A stretch of 64,000 nt of DNA from Rhynchobatus australiae (taxonomy: Eukaryota): positions 38,221,230 to 38,285,229 of the forward strand of contig JAUZTB010000011.1 in assembly GCA_034780895.1 (NCBI GenBank). Direction: 5' to 3'. Positions 53,900 to 64,000 of this stretch are shown here, piece after piece. Positions within the stretch are counted from its first letter, which is position 1. Every line of letters begins with the position of its first letter. A program made the position numbers and the translations under genes. Under the pieces are notes generated by a model. It ran no database searches. It was given only the letters and a program-made list of their open reading frames with translations, and was not told the origin of the DNA.

Positions 53900-54970
53900 T
53901 AGTTTACTGAGTAGTGAAAATAAGCGCTCAGGAGGTCTGAATGGTTGCAAATTTTGGGGTGGGACTTCCTCTGTTGGAGCCGGAAGACTCGAAACAGAGT
54001 GAAATCCGGAAATTGGAGGTGAAATATTAGCACAGAGAGTGAACCCAGGGGAAAGCATCTGTCCAGGATGGTGTCCCTGGCCATGTCNNNNNNNNNNNNN
54101 NNNNNNNNNNNNNNNNNNNNNNNNNNNNNNNNNNNNNNNNNNNNNNNNNNNNNNNNNNNNNNNNNNNNNNNNNNNNNNNNNNNNNNNNNNNNNNNNNNNN
54201 NNNNNNNNNNNNNNNNNNNNNNNNNNNNNNNNNNNNNNNNNNNNNNNNNNNNNNNNNNNNNNNNNNNNNNNNNNNNNNNNNNNNNNNNNNNNNNNNNNNN
54301 NNNNNNNNNNNNNNNNNNNNNNNNNNNNNNNNNNNNNNNNNNNNNNNNNNNNNNNNNNNNNNNNNNNNNNNNNNNNNNNNNNNNNNNNNNNNNNNNNNNN
54401 NNNNNNNNNNNNNNNNNNNNNNNNNNNNNNTTGGTTGGCAGTCAGCCTTATTGTGCATTGTTTGGTTTACAATTGTGCGTTTGTTGAACTTCACAGGTGG
54501 CTTATCTGGGCTAAATATCAATTTTTATTTTATCATAATTTGGTTTCTGAGTAACAACTAAGTTATCATGGGCATTTTCAAGTGCCATACAGAGCTACGA
54601 ATTGTACGGTCATTTTAGAGGTGAGCCTAATCGCATTTTGTGTTTGAGTGGCATGATAGAGAGCACCACCTGGCACGGAATAACACCGCTTGAATGCCAT
54701 CCAGGTCCGTTGTTCACCTGGCCGACCAAAGCGCCAGCTTTTCTGTTCGGTGCAGTGTCATTTTACATCATGCCTGGGGGCAAAACAGGCAGGTTTTAAA
54801 TCCCGTCTCTTAATCTGTTAAAGCCTTTTCTGTAAGTATTGAGAGTGGCCTGCAAGGGACGGTGACTTCACGCAAAGGTGAATTAGTTTATTTGTGGTAA
54901 CAACCACAGAGTTGCCTCTTGTACGGTGTGGTGGCTTTCCTACCTGCATTCATCCCTGTAACTCCTATCG
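53900..54970 (+). promoter_or_regulatory. Candidate promoter / first-exon region of a + strand gene (core hidden in gap 54088-54430)
   Basis: Local CpG enrichment on both sides of the gap, clustered ETS motifs (acttcct, ccggaag, ccggaaat) and T-rich intron-like sequence downstream. Confidence 0.45.
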
Positions 54971-57920
54971 CTGGGGTCTCCTGAATTACAGCTATAAACC
55001 TGAGTTATTGTGATTTATGATTTTGAATTGAATTTATTTTCATAGCATTGCCTTCAGTGACTGCATCTACACTGGGTAAGGATACAATTAATTATACACT
55101 TTGAATGGATTTAAAATATTTGTGATGGGTACAAGAAATTTTTAATGTAGTACATTGAAGATGAAAGTTTTAAATTGGATATTACCATTCATAAGTGATA
55201 TCAGTCCTCTGGTTAGTGCAATATCTTAATAAAGTTTTTTTTTATAGATGTTTGAGTTTGGCAGGAATAAATGGATTTAAGTGGCAGAGATTTGAGTAAG
55301 ACACAAACAGTGTTTGGATATTACTTGGTCTTGACCACTTGTCTGGTTTAAATTTGAATTAAAGTCCCTGTGTAGTCCTGCAACTTAACTCTCCATGTTT
55401 AAGTGAGGTCAGAGTGTTGCTTGCTGAGACAGGAAAATGTGCACAATATCTTGTCTATGCATTGGGCGGGAAAGGAAAAGAAGTGGGTGGGGGAAAATAA
55501 TTCACTTTTTGATCTGCCTGCCCACTCCTCTTGTCTTTTTTTTACTAAGGCTTTGAACTTGTTACAGTTTTACTAATCCTGTCTTTCTCACAACTCTACT
55601 AATCCATCACAATGATAGAATGGAACCTGTCCTTAAAGGTACCCCACCATCTCCATGATTAAAACTTCAATCAGTCACAACAGTTGGGAGAAAGTCTCAT
55701 CATTACAAAGTACCACCCTCTCCAATCCATAAATCCTTGCTCATTTTTCCTGCAACTTCATTACTGAATTTTGCTGATCAAGTATACATCTCTTCCCAAA
55801 ATAAAACTGGCTCTGGTAAAATGCACAAACAATATTCTATGTGTCTATGACCATGTATAGCCTCCTCCTCATAACTGCAGTTTTTGGAGTAATGTCGGTC
55901 TCCTCTATTTTCCATCTGAGTAGTGTGCTCTTCCCTTCCCAGCTGAAGCCAAAGAATGGCCTGCAATGGTACCACTGAATTTGCCTAAGGATGCGTCCTT
56001 GTTCTATCCCAGTTCTGAACTACATGCTACCCTTGGCAAATTCATTTGAACATCTAGTGTCTGGTGCACCATATGTGCTGATGCTCTTCCTCTGTCTTTC
56101 TATTGCTGCAATTCCATACCAGTTCTACCACACTATCACCTTGCTCTCTTCACTCAGCTTTCAAATTGTTGTCAAACTTTTTTTTTTAATTGCAATCCTG
56201 GATAACTTTACATTTTCTCCAGTTAAAGATTGGCTTTGGGCTTCCCGTTGCTGCCACCACAAACTGTTCCCTAGCCAAATTCCATTTCCTGAGCTGACCA
56301 TTTATTCCTCTACCTGAGTTCATAGCTTTTGATATTCTATTTGACCTTGTGCTTCCTATCCACCACTATGCCTAATTTCTTCCACCTTCTATAAAACCTT
56401 GGCCTCTCCTTCATCTCNNNNNNNNNNNNNNNNNNNNNNNNNNNNNNNNNNNNNNNNNNNNNNNNNNNNNNNNNNNNNNNNNNNNNNNNNNNNNNNNNNN
56501 NNNNNNNNNNNNNNNNNNNNNNNNNNNNNNNNNNNNNNNNNNNNNNNNNNNNNNNNNNNNNNNNNNNNNNNNNNNNNNNNNNNNNNNNNNNNNNNNNNNN
56601 NNNNNNNNNNNNNNNNNNNNNNNNNNNNNNNNNNNNNNNNNNNNNNNNNNNNNNNNNNNNNNNNNNNNNNNNNNNNNNNNNNNNNNNNNNNNNNNNNNNN
56701 NNNNNNNNNNNNNNNNNNNNNNNNNNNNNNNNNNNNNNNNNNNNNNNNNNNNNNNNAATGGATTGCAGTATTAAAGGGGTTATAAAAATGCAAGTTAAAT
56801 GTTAGCATGTTCCTTCTGTCTTTGGATACAAGACCAGTGTAAACCTATTAATTACAGAAATGTCTTGTCCTTTTTAGCAGCAAGCTTGTAGCCAGATCTG
56901 TCTTGGATAAAGATAGCTGGGTTTTGTTTAGGGACAAAGGTTTGGAAACTAAAGGAATTGAGGATATGGCAATGCTGTGTGAAAGTGGATCTGAGGCAGA
57001 AATTCAGCTATGATCTTATTGAATGAAAACAGTCTGGTGTGTGATCTGATTCCTGAGTTTGGTAATGCCAGTAAGGATACTGGTTCTATACGAAGCCTGG
57101 ATTTGGAAAAGAAGCAGAACATGCACAGTGGAATGTCCCCTTTTTGTCTGTTTGCCTGTTGTGCACTGTATCCTGTAAATCACCAAGGTTGGGTATAAAA
57201 TCTTGCAATTGGAGTTTGGTAATGCCTTGTGCTCACATCTGGACTGGTTTGTTTTTAAAAGGTCTGTGTTATTTCTGCATTAAAGCTGTGCCTTTCTGAG
57301 AGTATTTCCCATGATTGTGGTAATTATGTGGCAGATGCATTGAGCTGAATTAGCTTTACTGGAGATTTTTTTAAGTTACCTAATGACGGCTCACCAGAAT
57401 TTATCCCCATTTTTGGGAAAGTTCCAGCAATTTGTGCAAATGCTGTTCTCATAAACTATCTTTTCAATTGTTTGCATGCATTGGTGACAAGGTGCACATT
57501 GATTAGATTTCTTTTCGTCTGAAACAATATGTATTGAGATGCTTCATTGAATTCATCCTGAAAGAAGCAAACTTGTTCTAGTGATTCCAATGGTATGTTA
57601 CATCTTACAATAGCTTTCTGAACAGTTGTGAGATGTAACATTTTTGGCTTCTAGGGGATGTATTCTAATCATCACTTTGTGTCTAGCTATCTCCACACAC
57701 AGGCTATATTTGTTAAACTTTCTTTTGAAGAAGAGCTGATTCTATAAGGACCCTCCTAAACTAGCCAATTTTTTTTCTTCTGTCAAATTCATGCTGCCCA
57801 TGGGAATACACTTATTCACCAGTGCTGCTTGTGTGCATCTACCTGTGTCTTGGTAATTTATATGACAATTTACTAGGAAGAGAAGAAAATGAGGCCCATG
57901 TACTCTCATGATTTCAGCCT

Positions 57921-57966
57921 AGGTCTCATGAAGCTTCCATCCCAGGTCTCATGAAGCTTCCATCCC
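57921..57966 (+). repeat. Perfect 23-bp tandem duplication (aggtctcatgaagcttccatccc x2)
   Basis: Directly visible; a degenerate partial unit precedes it. Confidence 0.9.
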
Positions 57967-58371
57967 CAAACCAAATTCAGATTTTCAATAACGTTCATTC
58001 TCCTGTTTAAATTATCATTTTTCTCAGTATTTGCTGAGATCATGATGCACAATAACCGATAAAGCAAAACTTAGAGGTCTAAACTAAACAGCTAAATTGT
58101 CTTGATTCTATTGGTGAAACAATTTTAAATTGAGTATTTTTGTAAATGGATGTTTTTGAATCATGTACATCCCTAACACAATGGCATCAGAGATGCAAGG
58201 GTTAACTCATGTCATGGATACATGGTTGAAATTCATGATTGTGGTTTTTTTTGTGACCCAGAAATGATCAAAGACAATTTTTACTTTGGTTAAATTTTAC
58301 TTTGCGTTTTATGGTGCTGAAGGATGTGTTACATGATTTTCTTTTTAAGACAATTACTCCCTAAAATATGA

Positions 58372-58841
58372 AATGAGATTTTGGTATGTAACCAAGGTCT
58401 CTCTCTCAAATTTCTATAAAGATACAGTGGAGAGCATTCTGACTGGTTACATCAGAGCCTGGTCTGGAGGCTCCAATGCACAGGATTGCAAGAGGGTTGT
58501 AGACTCGGTCAGCTCCATCATGGATACAACCCTCCCCACCATTAAGGACATCTTCAAGAGGTGATGCCTCAAGGTGGCATCCATCACTAAGGACCCCTAA
58601 CCATCTGAGTCATGCCCTCTTCTTGTTACTACCATTGGGGAGGAGGTATAGGAAGACCCACATTCAACAATTCAGAAATAGTCTTTTTCCACTTCATCAG
58701 ATTTCTGAACTGTCCAGAAACAGTACCTCATTATTCCTTTTTTGCTATTTAATTATCTTTGTAATTTTATTTCTTACGCTGTACTGCTGCCACAAAACAA
58801 CAAATTTCATGACATATGTCAGTGATTAAATCTGATTCTGA
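58372..58841 (+). mobile_element. Rex1/Babar-type LINE 3' end
   Basis: LSNFYKDTVESILTGYIRAWSGGSNAQDCKRVVDSVSSI...LLPLGRRYR..QFRNS, ending in tctgattctga. Confidence 0.85.
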
Positions 58842-59199
58842 AACATAACAAACAAAAATTAAGCTTGTAATTTCTCCCTTCTCTCCATGTAATCTCAATA
58901 CTTTATCAGAAAGTAAAATCATCATTTCCCTGCTCCATTTTGACATTTGAATAGAATGACATTGGATTGAAAGTAATAAATGTTATTGTTTCTGTTATTT
59001 GCCATACATTAAGGATCTCTGAAAACAAATGTGATTGAAAAGACCTTTGCACACCTTTTTTTAGGTGACTGGTTGGATGCTTTGGCAGTATTATAGCAAG
59101 ATGTGCCAGCACTCTTTGCAAGGCCAACTTTTTCTTTAAATTTGCATATTAGTGTTACATACTTTCCACTTTTTCTACCAGGGACAGTTTATGTCATGA

Positions 59200-59340
59200 C
59201 TGTACACTTTCTTTTTGAGTCAGGGGTTGTGAAGTCCCTATGCAGAACTTGAGCATCTAATGTAGGGTAACATTTCAGTACAATGTGGTAGAGTGCTGCA
59301 TTGTTCTAAGTGTTGTCATTGGATGAGATGTTGAATTGCC
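59200..59340 (+). mobile_element. Deu-domain SINE 5' fragment
   Basis: gagtcaggggttgtg..acttgagca..cagtacaatg..gagtgctgcattgt..ggatgagatgtt. Confidence 0.45.
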
Positions 59341-60574
59341 ACTTTTTATTCCAATGGTCTTTGACAGTTTTGCTTTGTTTTGTATTTGTCCTTTTTTCTG
59401 TTTCTTCCTCCCACTTGAACCACCATCACCCAATACTCGCCCCACCTCCACGATCCCATTGACTTTGAGACAAACGCCAGTCCTCAAACTTTTCAAAAAA
59501 AAACTCATTTGTATTCATCCTTTTTGCCCAAGCTTTCAGCCTTCGACCCATTATTCTTTCGTCATAGGCTTTGTGCCATATTTTTTTAATATATTTCTTC
59601 CCTCTTGCCCTTGCCCCTGCCCCTGCCTTATTTAGCATGGTACATGTCCTACACTTAAGCCTTACAAAATGTAAGGCTGGATGAATTTGGTTACTAGTAT
59701 GGATGATTAAAGTATTCTTAACTGTTGTTCTTGACCTTCTTGTGCTCACTTAACGAGGCATAGTACACTTTTATTTGTTACTTTTTAATTTGAGCCTCTG
59801 TAAATTGAATGGCTGGAAATGCATTTGTTCCAACTTTTTTAGAGAAATTGGTTTCACTTTGAAGGTTGTTTCCTTGAGTATTCATCTCATGAACCTAGTA
59901 TGTTCAGAAGCAATTCCAACAAGGGCAGGAGGAGAATTGCAGCTGACTCTGCCTATGGTGGTAGTTCACTATGCTATTTGTTTTGTAGCAAGTGTTAGAA
60001 TGACAATTTGAATAACTTTGGAGGGCCAGTTGTAATTTAATTTAAGCACGCACAAATAACTAAATACTAATGCTTTTAGTCACATATGAAGACACTTGCT
60101 GAAGTTTTTTACAAGTTCTGCTTGGTTTGCTACCCTACAATGAAGACGACAACAAAGGAATAATACTTTCATTTTAAAATGCAGGGAATTACAACTGATA
60201 CTTTTGTATTATTTGTTTGAAATGATTTTGCATCCTCTGGTTCTGAATACCCAACAATAGGCATAAGTAGAGAATTTTTCAACTTATCTGCTTGTTACAG
60301 TTATTTCTGTAACAGAAATTCTGTTGTCTTGCTCCATTTCCACAGATGGGTTGAGAGACCACAATGTGCTACCAAATAAGCTGCATAAAACCCTCGCTTG
60401 GCAACCAAAGCTTCTTGGTGATGTACAAAGATTTGGTTGCTGATTGGTGGCTCTGTCAGAATACGTTTTGGATTTGAAATTCAAATGTGACCTGTGTTGC
60501 TAATGGTGACAGAATAATGCAAGATATGAAGGGAAAACAGTGTAACAGAATGTTCATTCTTAAAGGTGTTGCAC

Positions 60575-61000
60575 TTCACTGGCATCACTTTTGCCTCTGA
60601 GTCACAATCTTGGTTCAAATTCCACTCTGGGAACTTCAGCAAAAAAAAACAAGGTTGATGCACAGTGCAGCACTGAATGCTTTCTTTGCTGTTGGATGAT
60701 ATGAGGCCTGCTCTGCTCACTCAAGTGGAAGTGAAAGGAACTATGACATTTTTGTTTGAGGAAGAGCAAGAGAATTATTTCTGTTGTCCTGTGCCATATC
60801 CTTTTTCTTTCCAAAAAAAAACCCAGTGAAATAGATTATGGTTTCTACTTCACTGCTGCTTCTGTGTTCAAATTGGTGGCTGTGATTCCAACACAAACTA
60901 ATTTCTATTATTCAACAAAATTTCATTTGGCTGCAAAGTGGTTTGAGATGCCCTGAAAGGAACATGAAAGATGTATAAAATGCAAGACTTAATTTCTTTT
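60575..61000 (+). mobile_element. Deu-domain SINE (SacSINE1-like), near full length
   Basis: gcctctgagtca..ggttcaaattccactc head, gaagagcaag..gtcctg central domain, ttggctgcaaagtggtttgagatgccctga..taaaatgcaag tail. Confidence 0.65.
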
Positions 61001-63799
61001 AAAATGTCATTTATCTTGAGAACCACTTGACTGATGTGTTTTGAAGTTCTTGTTACACCCATCCCCCATCAAGAGTGCCCAAAAGAGTATTGTCGGCAAA
61101 TGTAGTGCCATTTGAACAAAACAGTCACATTGATCTACCTTCCATAATATCTGTCACGATATTTTCTTCCTTTTTCATTTATCTTGTTCATCTCACTCCA
61201 ACATCTGGATCAAAGTAGTTGGCACCATATCAATAAAACACAGACAGGTCACAGAACATTGTAAAAAGCAATAGGGTTGTAGTGGTGGGGGATTTTAATG
61301 TTCCCAATATTCACTAGGATTGCCTTAATGCAAGGGACTTGGATGGGAAAGAATTCATAAAATACATCCAATAGTGTTTTCTGAAGCAGTATGTGGAATC
61401 CTGTTAGGGAGGGGTGGTGTGCTTGATCTTATTCTAGGGAATTGATTCGAGGCAATTGTGGGGAGGAACCCTTTGGGAATATGTCTGTAATGAGCTGCCA
61501 GAGGAGGGGGTGGAGATAGTTGGACAGGTGCTTGATAAAAGCATAGAGGGATATGGGCCTTATGTGGGCAAATAAGGTTAACATAAATGGGCATTGTGGT
61601 TGGCCTGGATGAGGTGGCTGAGAGGACTTTTCTGTGCTCTGATTCTGAGAAGATGTGAGCTTTTCTGAGTGGATTCTGAGCAGGCAGGATAGTCGGGCAC
61701 AAGCTGCGTGACTATTTTTGTTTTTCTCTCTCNNNNNNNNNNNNNNNNNNNNNNNNNNNNNNNNNNNNNNNNNNNNNNNNNNNNNNNNNNNNNNNNNNNN
61801 NNNNNNNNNNNNNNNNNNNNNNNNNNNNNNNNNNNNNNNNNNNNNNNNNNNNNNNNNNNNNNNNNNNNNNNNNNNNNNNNNNNNNNNNNNNNNNNNNNNN
61901 NNNNNNNNNNNNNNNNNNNNNNNNNNNNNNNNNNNNNNNNNNNNNNNNNNNNNNNNNNNNNNNNNNNNNNNNNNNNNNNNNNNNNNNNNNNNNNNNNNNN
62001 NNNNNNNNNNNNNNNNNNNNNNNNNNNNNNNNNNNNNNNNNNNNNNNNNNNNNNNNNNNNNNNNNNNNNNNNNNNNNNNNNNNNNNNNNNNNNNNNNNNN
62101 NNNNNNNNNNNNNNNNNNNNNNNNNNNNNNNNNNNNNNNNNNNNNNNNNNNNNNNNNNNNNNNNNNNNNNNNNNNNNNNNNNNNNNNNNNNNNNNNNNNN
62201 NNNNNNNNNNNNNNNNNNNNNNNNNNNNNNNNNNNNNNNNNNNNNNNNNNNNNNNNNNNNNNNNNNNNNNNNNNNTTTTAAGTGGTAAGAAGTATGAGCT
62301 GACCTTTTTTTCTATCTATGGCACTCTTCAGAAGTATCCACATTTTGGGGGGGGGGGGGGGAATTTTAAGAGAATGGTCAGTTCATAAGGATGTAGCTTG
62401 AAGCTAGAAGTTTGAATTTTTGGACTTCTTTCACTTCACTAAACTCTTCACAACATTTGTGGTCTGGACCCTGTTTTCTGGATTACTTGGGTGCTTGAGT
62501 GTGTGCTGGAAGGACCTCTGTTGCACTATGGGCTAAATATTTGAGGTGGAAGTGTGGGATTAATATCATTAAATTGTCATTTGTCTGGGGGTTGGTTGAC
62601 CAGTTTTCAGCAACTGTGTCCAAGCATGCAGATGTGGAAATTGGTATCTGGAATACTTGGTTCTTCAAAGGTGTGCAAATCTATCTTAACTTGACTCTGT
62701 CCAAATATTCCTCAAACTGTAAATGTTGGTAGTAACACTATTAATATTTGGGGTATGTATCTTTTGATTATTTCAGCTACAGTGGGCCATTTTTGTGCCT
62801 AAGAATACATTGCTATAATGTGTTTTGCCCAGCCTTTTTTACAAAATTGTGCTTACAAAATATTATTCCAGGATGGCATCCCTTTTAATAAATTGAGGGA
62901 TGGCTGTACATTGATGGAACTGTACTTGCCTCCAAAGATACCAACTTGCCAGGAATAAAGTTAGGGCTCTTCTAACAGTGCAATGATTTAAATGACTTCT
63001 GACACTGGAAACTTTCTTAATTGTTGTGTCTCATTACTTATTGCTCGTGATTTCAAACATTTAAATACTTCTGTATTTCTTTCTCTTGCTTTGAATCCAA
63101 ATCTTAGGTTTGTTTTGCTTTCTGTTCCTGATTTGACATTCATTATGCTAACTGATACTTGCTGGTTCAATCTGAGTGTAGCTCACTGATTTTTGTTTTG
63201 TTTCTAGGTCTGACTTGGTTAAGACCCTGTCCACTTATATAGAGATGGATGACCTGAGCAGGTCGTTACACTTGCCATGTGGTAGTTTGAGAGGGGTTTG
63301 TAATACAACAGGTGATGGGAGTCTATGGGTAAATGTAGATCATTAGAATGCCACAAACCATAAAAGCTTGGCCAATGTATTTTGTTGCTAGATTCAGTTT
63401 TGTTTTGAAAATTTGTATGGAAGTAATGCCAATGTGCAGTTCTCATTTTTTAAATATTTGATCTATTTTGTTTGGCTGTTGTTGCTGGAACAATGACATA
63501 ATACAAAATGTTAGCCAGATGAATATACTATATACTGAACCAGTTCTGCATAAAAGTGCATTTTCCTGAAAAGGTGGTGATAAATGATTATGCTTAAATT
63601 CTTGACCTGGTCTTTATATTTTTGTAAAATGATGTGATGTTTCTAGGCCACAGGTTAAAGCAGTTACAGGGTAAGAATCGCATTCATCTTCCCCAGCCAG
63701 CATTTTCTGAAAATACAATACACTTAAGAATTAACATTAACTAGCTATAATTTGTGAGCTTAAGGGTTTGAAAGATAATTTTGAAGATGAGTATGAGGG

Positions 63800-64000
63800 G
63801 AATCAGATTTATTATCACTGACGTATGTGAAATATGTTGTTTTGCAGTACAGTTCAAGACACAATCTATATTAAATACAAAAATAGTGCAAGAAAAATTA
63901 ATGATAGGGTTCATAGTTCAGAAATCTAATGGTGGAGAGAAAGAAGCTGTTTCTGAATTTGTTGAGTTTGGGTCTTGGCTCCTGTACCTACCTGATGGTA
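63800..64000 (-). mobile_element. Rex1/Babar-type LINE 3' end (runs off the window)
   Basis: gaatcagatttattatcactgac...agaagctgtttctgaatt...ctcctgtacc, reverse complement of the 58.6-58.8 kb tail. Confidence 0.7.

Noticed and set aside
63208-63245. Strong acceptor (ttttgttttgtttctag) as TBC1D8 exon 2
   Set aside because: The translation does not match the expected GRLVGALDAVLDS peptide and hits stop codons.

Overview
This is eukaryotic, AT-rich, gap-containing vertebrate DNA. The repeats (V-SINE/HE1-like SINEs, Deu-type SINEs, CR1, Rex1/Babar and Penelope remnants) point to a cartilaginous fish, probably a batoid. The window holds the 3' half of the RING-H2 E3 ligase gene RNF149 (+ strand, about 2.8-8.7 kb, one exon mostly inside an N gap) converging on a complete 7-exon CNOT11 gene (- strand, CDS 33086->19334, 445 aa, CpG-island promoter). 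An intronless, frameshifted CNOT11 retrocopy sits in the same orientation inside the apparent 3'UTR of its own parent, on a small contig bounded by 100-N gaps, so it is either a self-insertion or a mis-scaffolding. A second promoter-like region at about 54 kb, with its core in a gap, may be the start of TBC1D8 by synteny. The most notable non-genic signals are dispersed Penelope-like remnants carrying degenerate minimal hammerhead-ribozyme cores and a duplicated ~90-nt hairpin near 52.3/53.4 kb. I see no convincing wholly novel system. All family assignments come from recalled sequence knowledge, not database searches.
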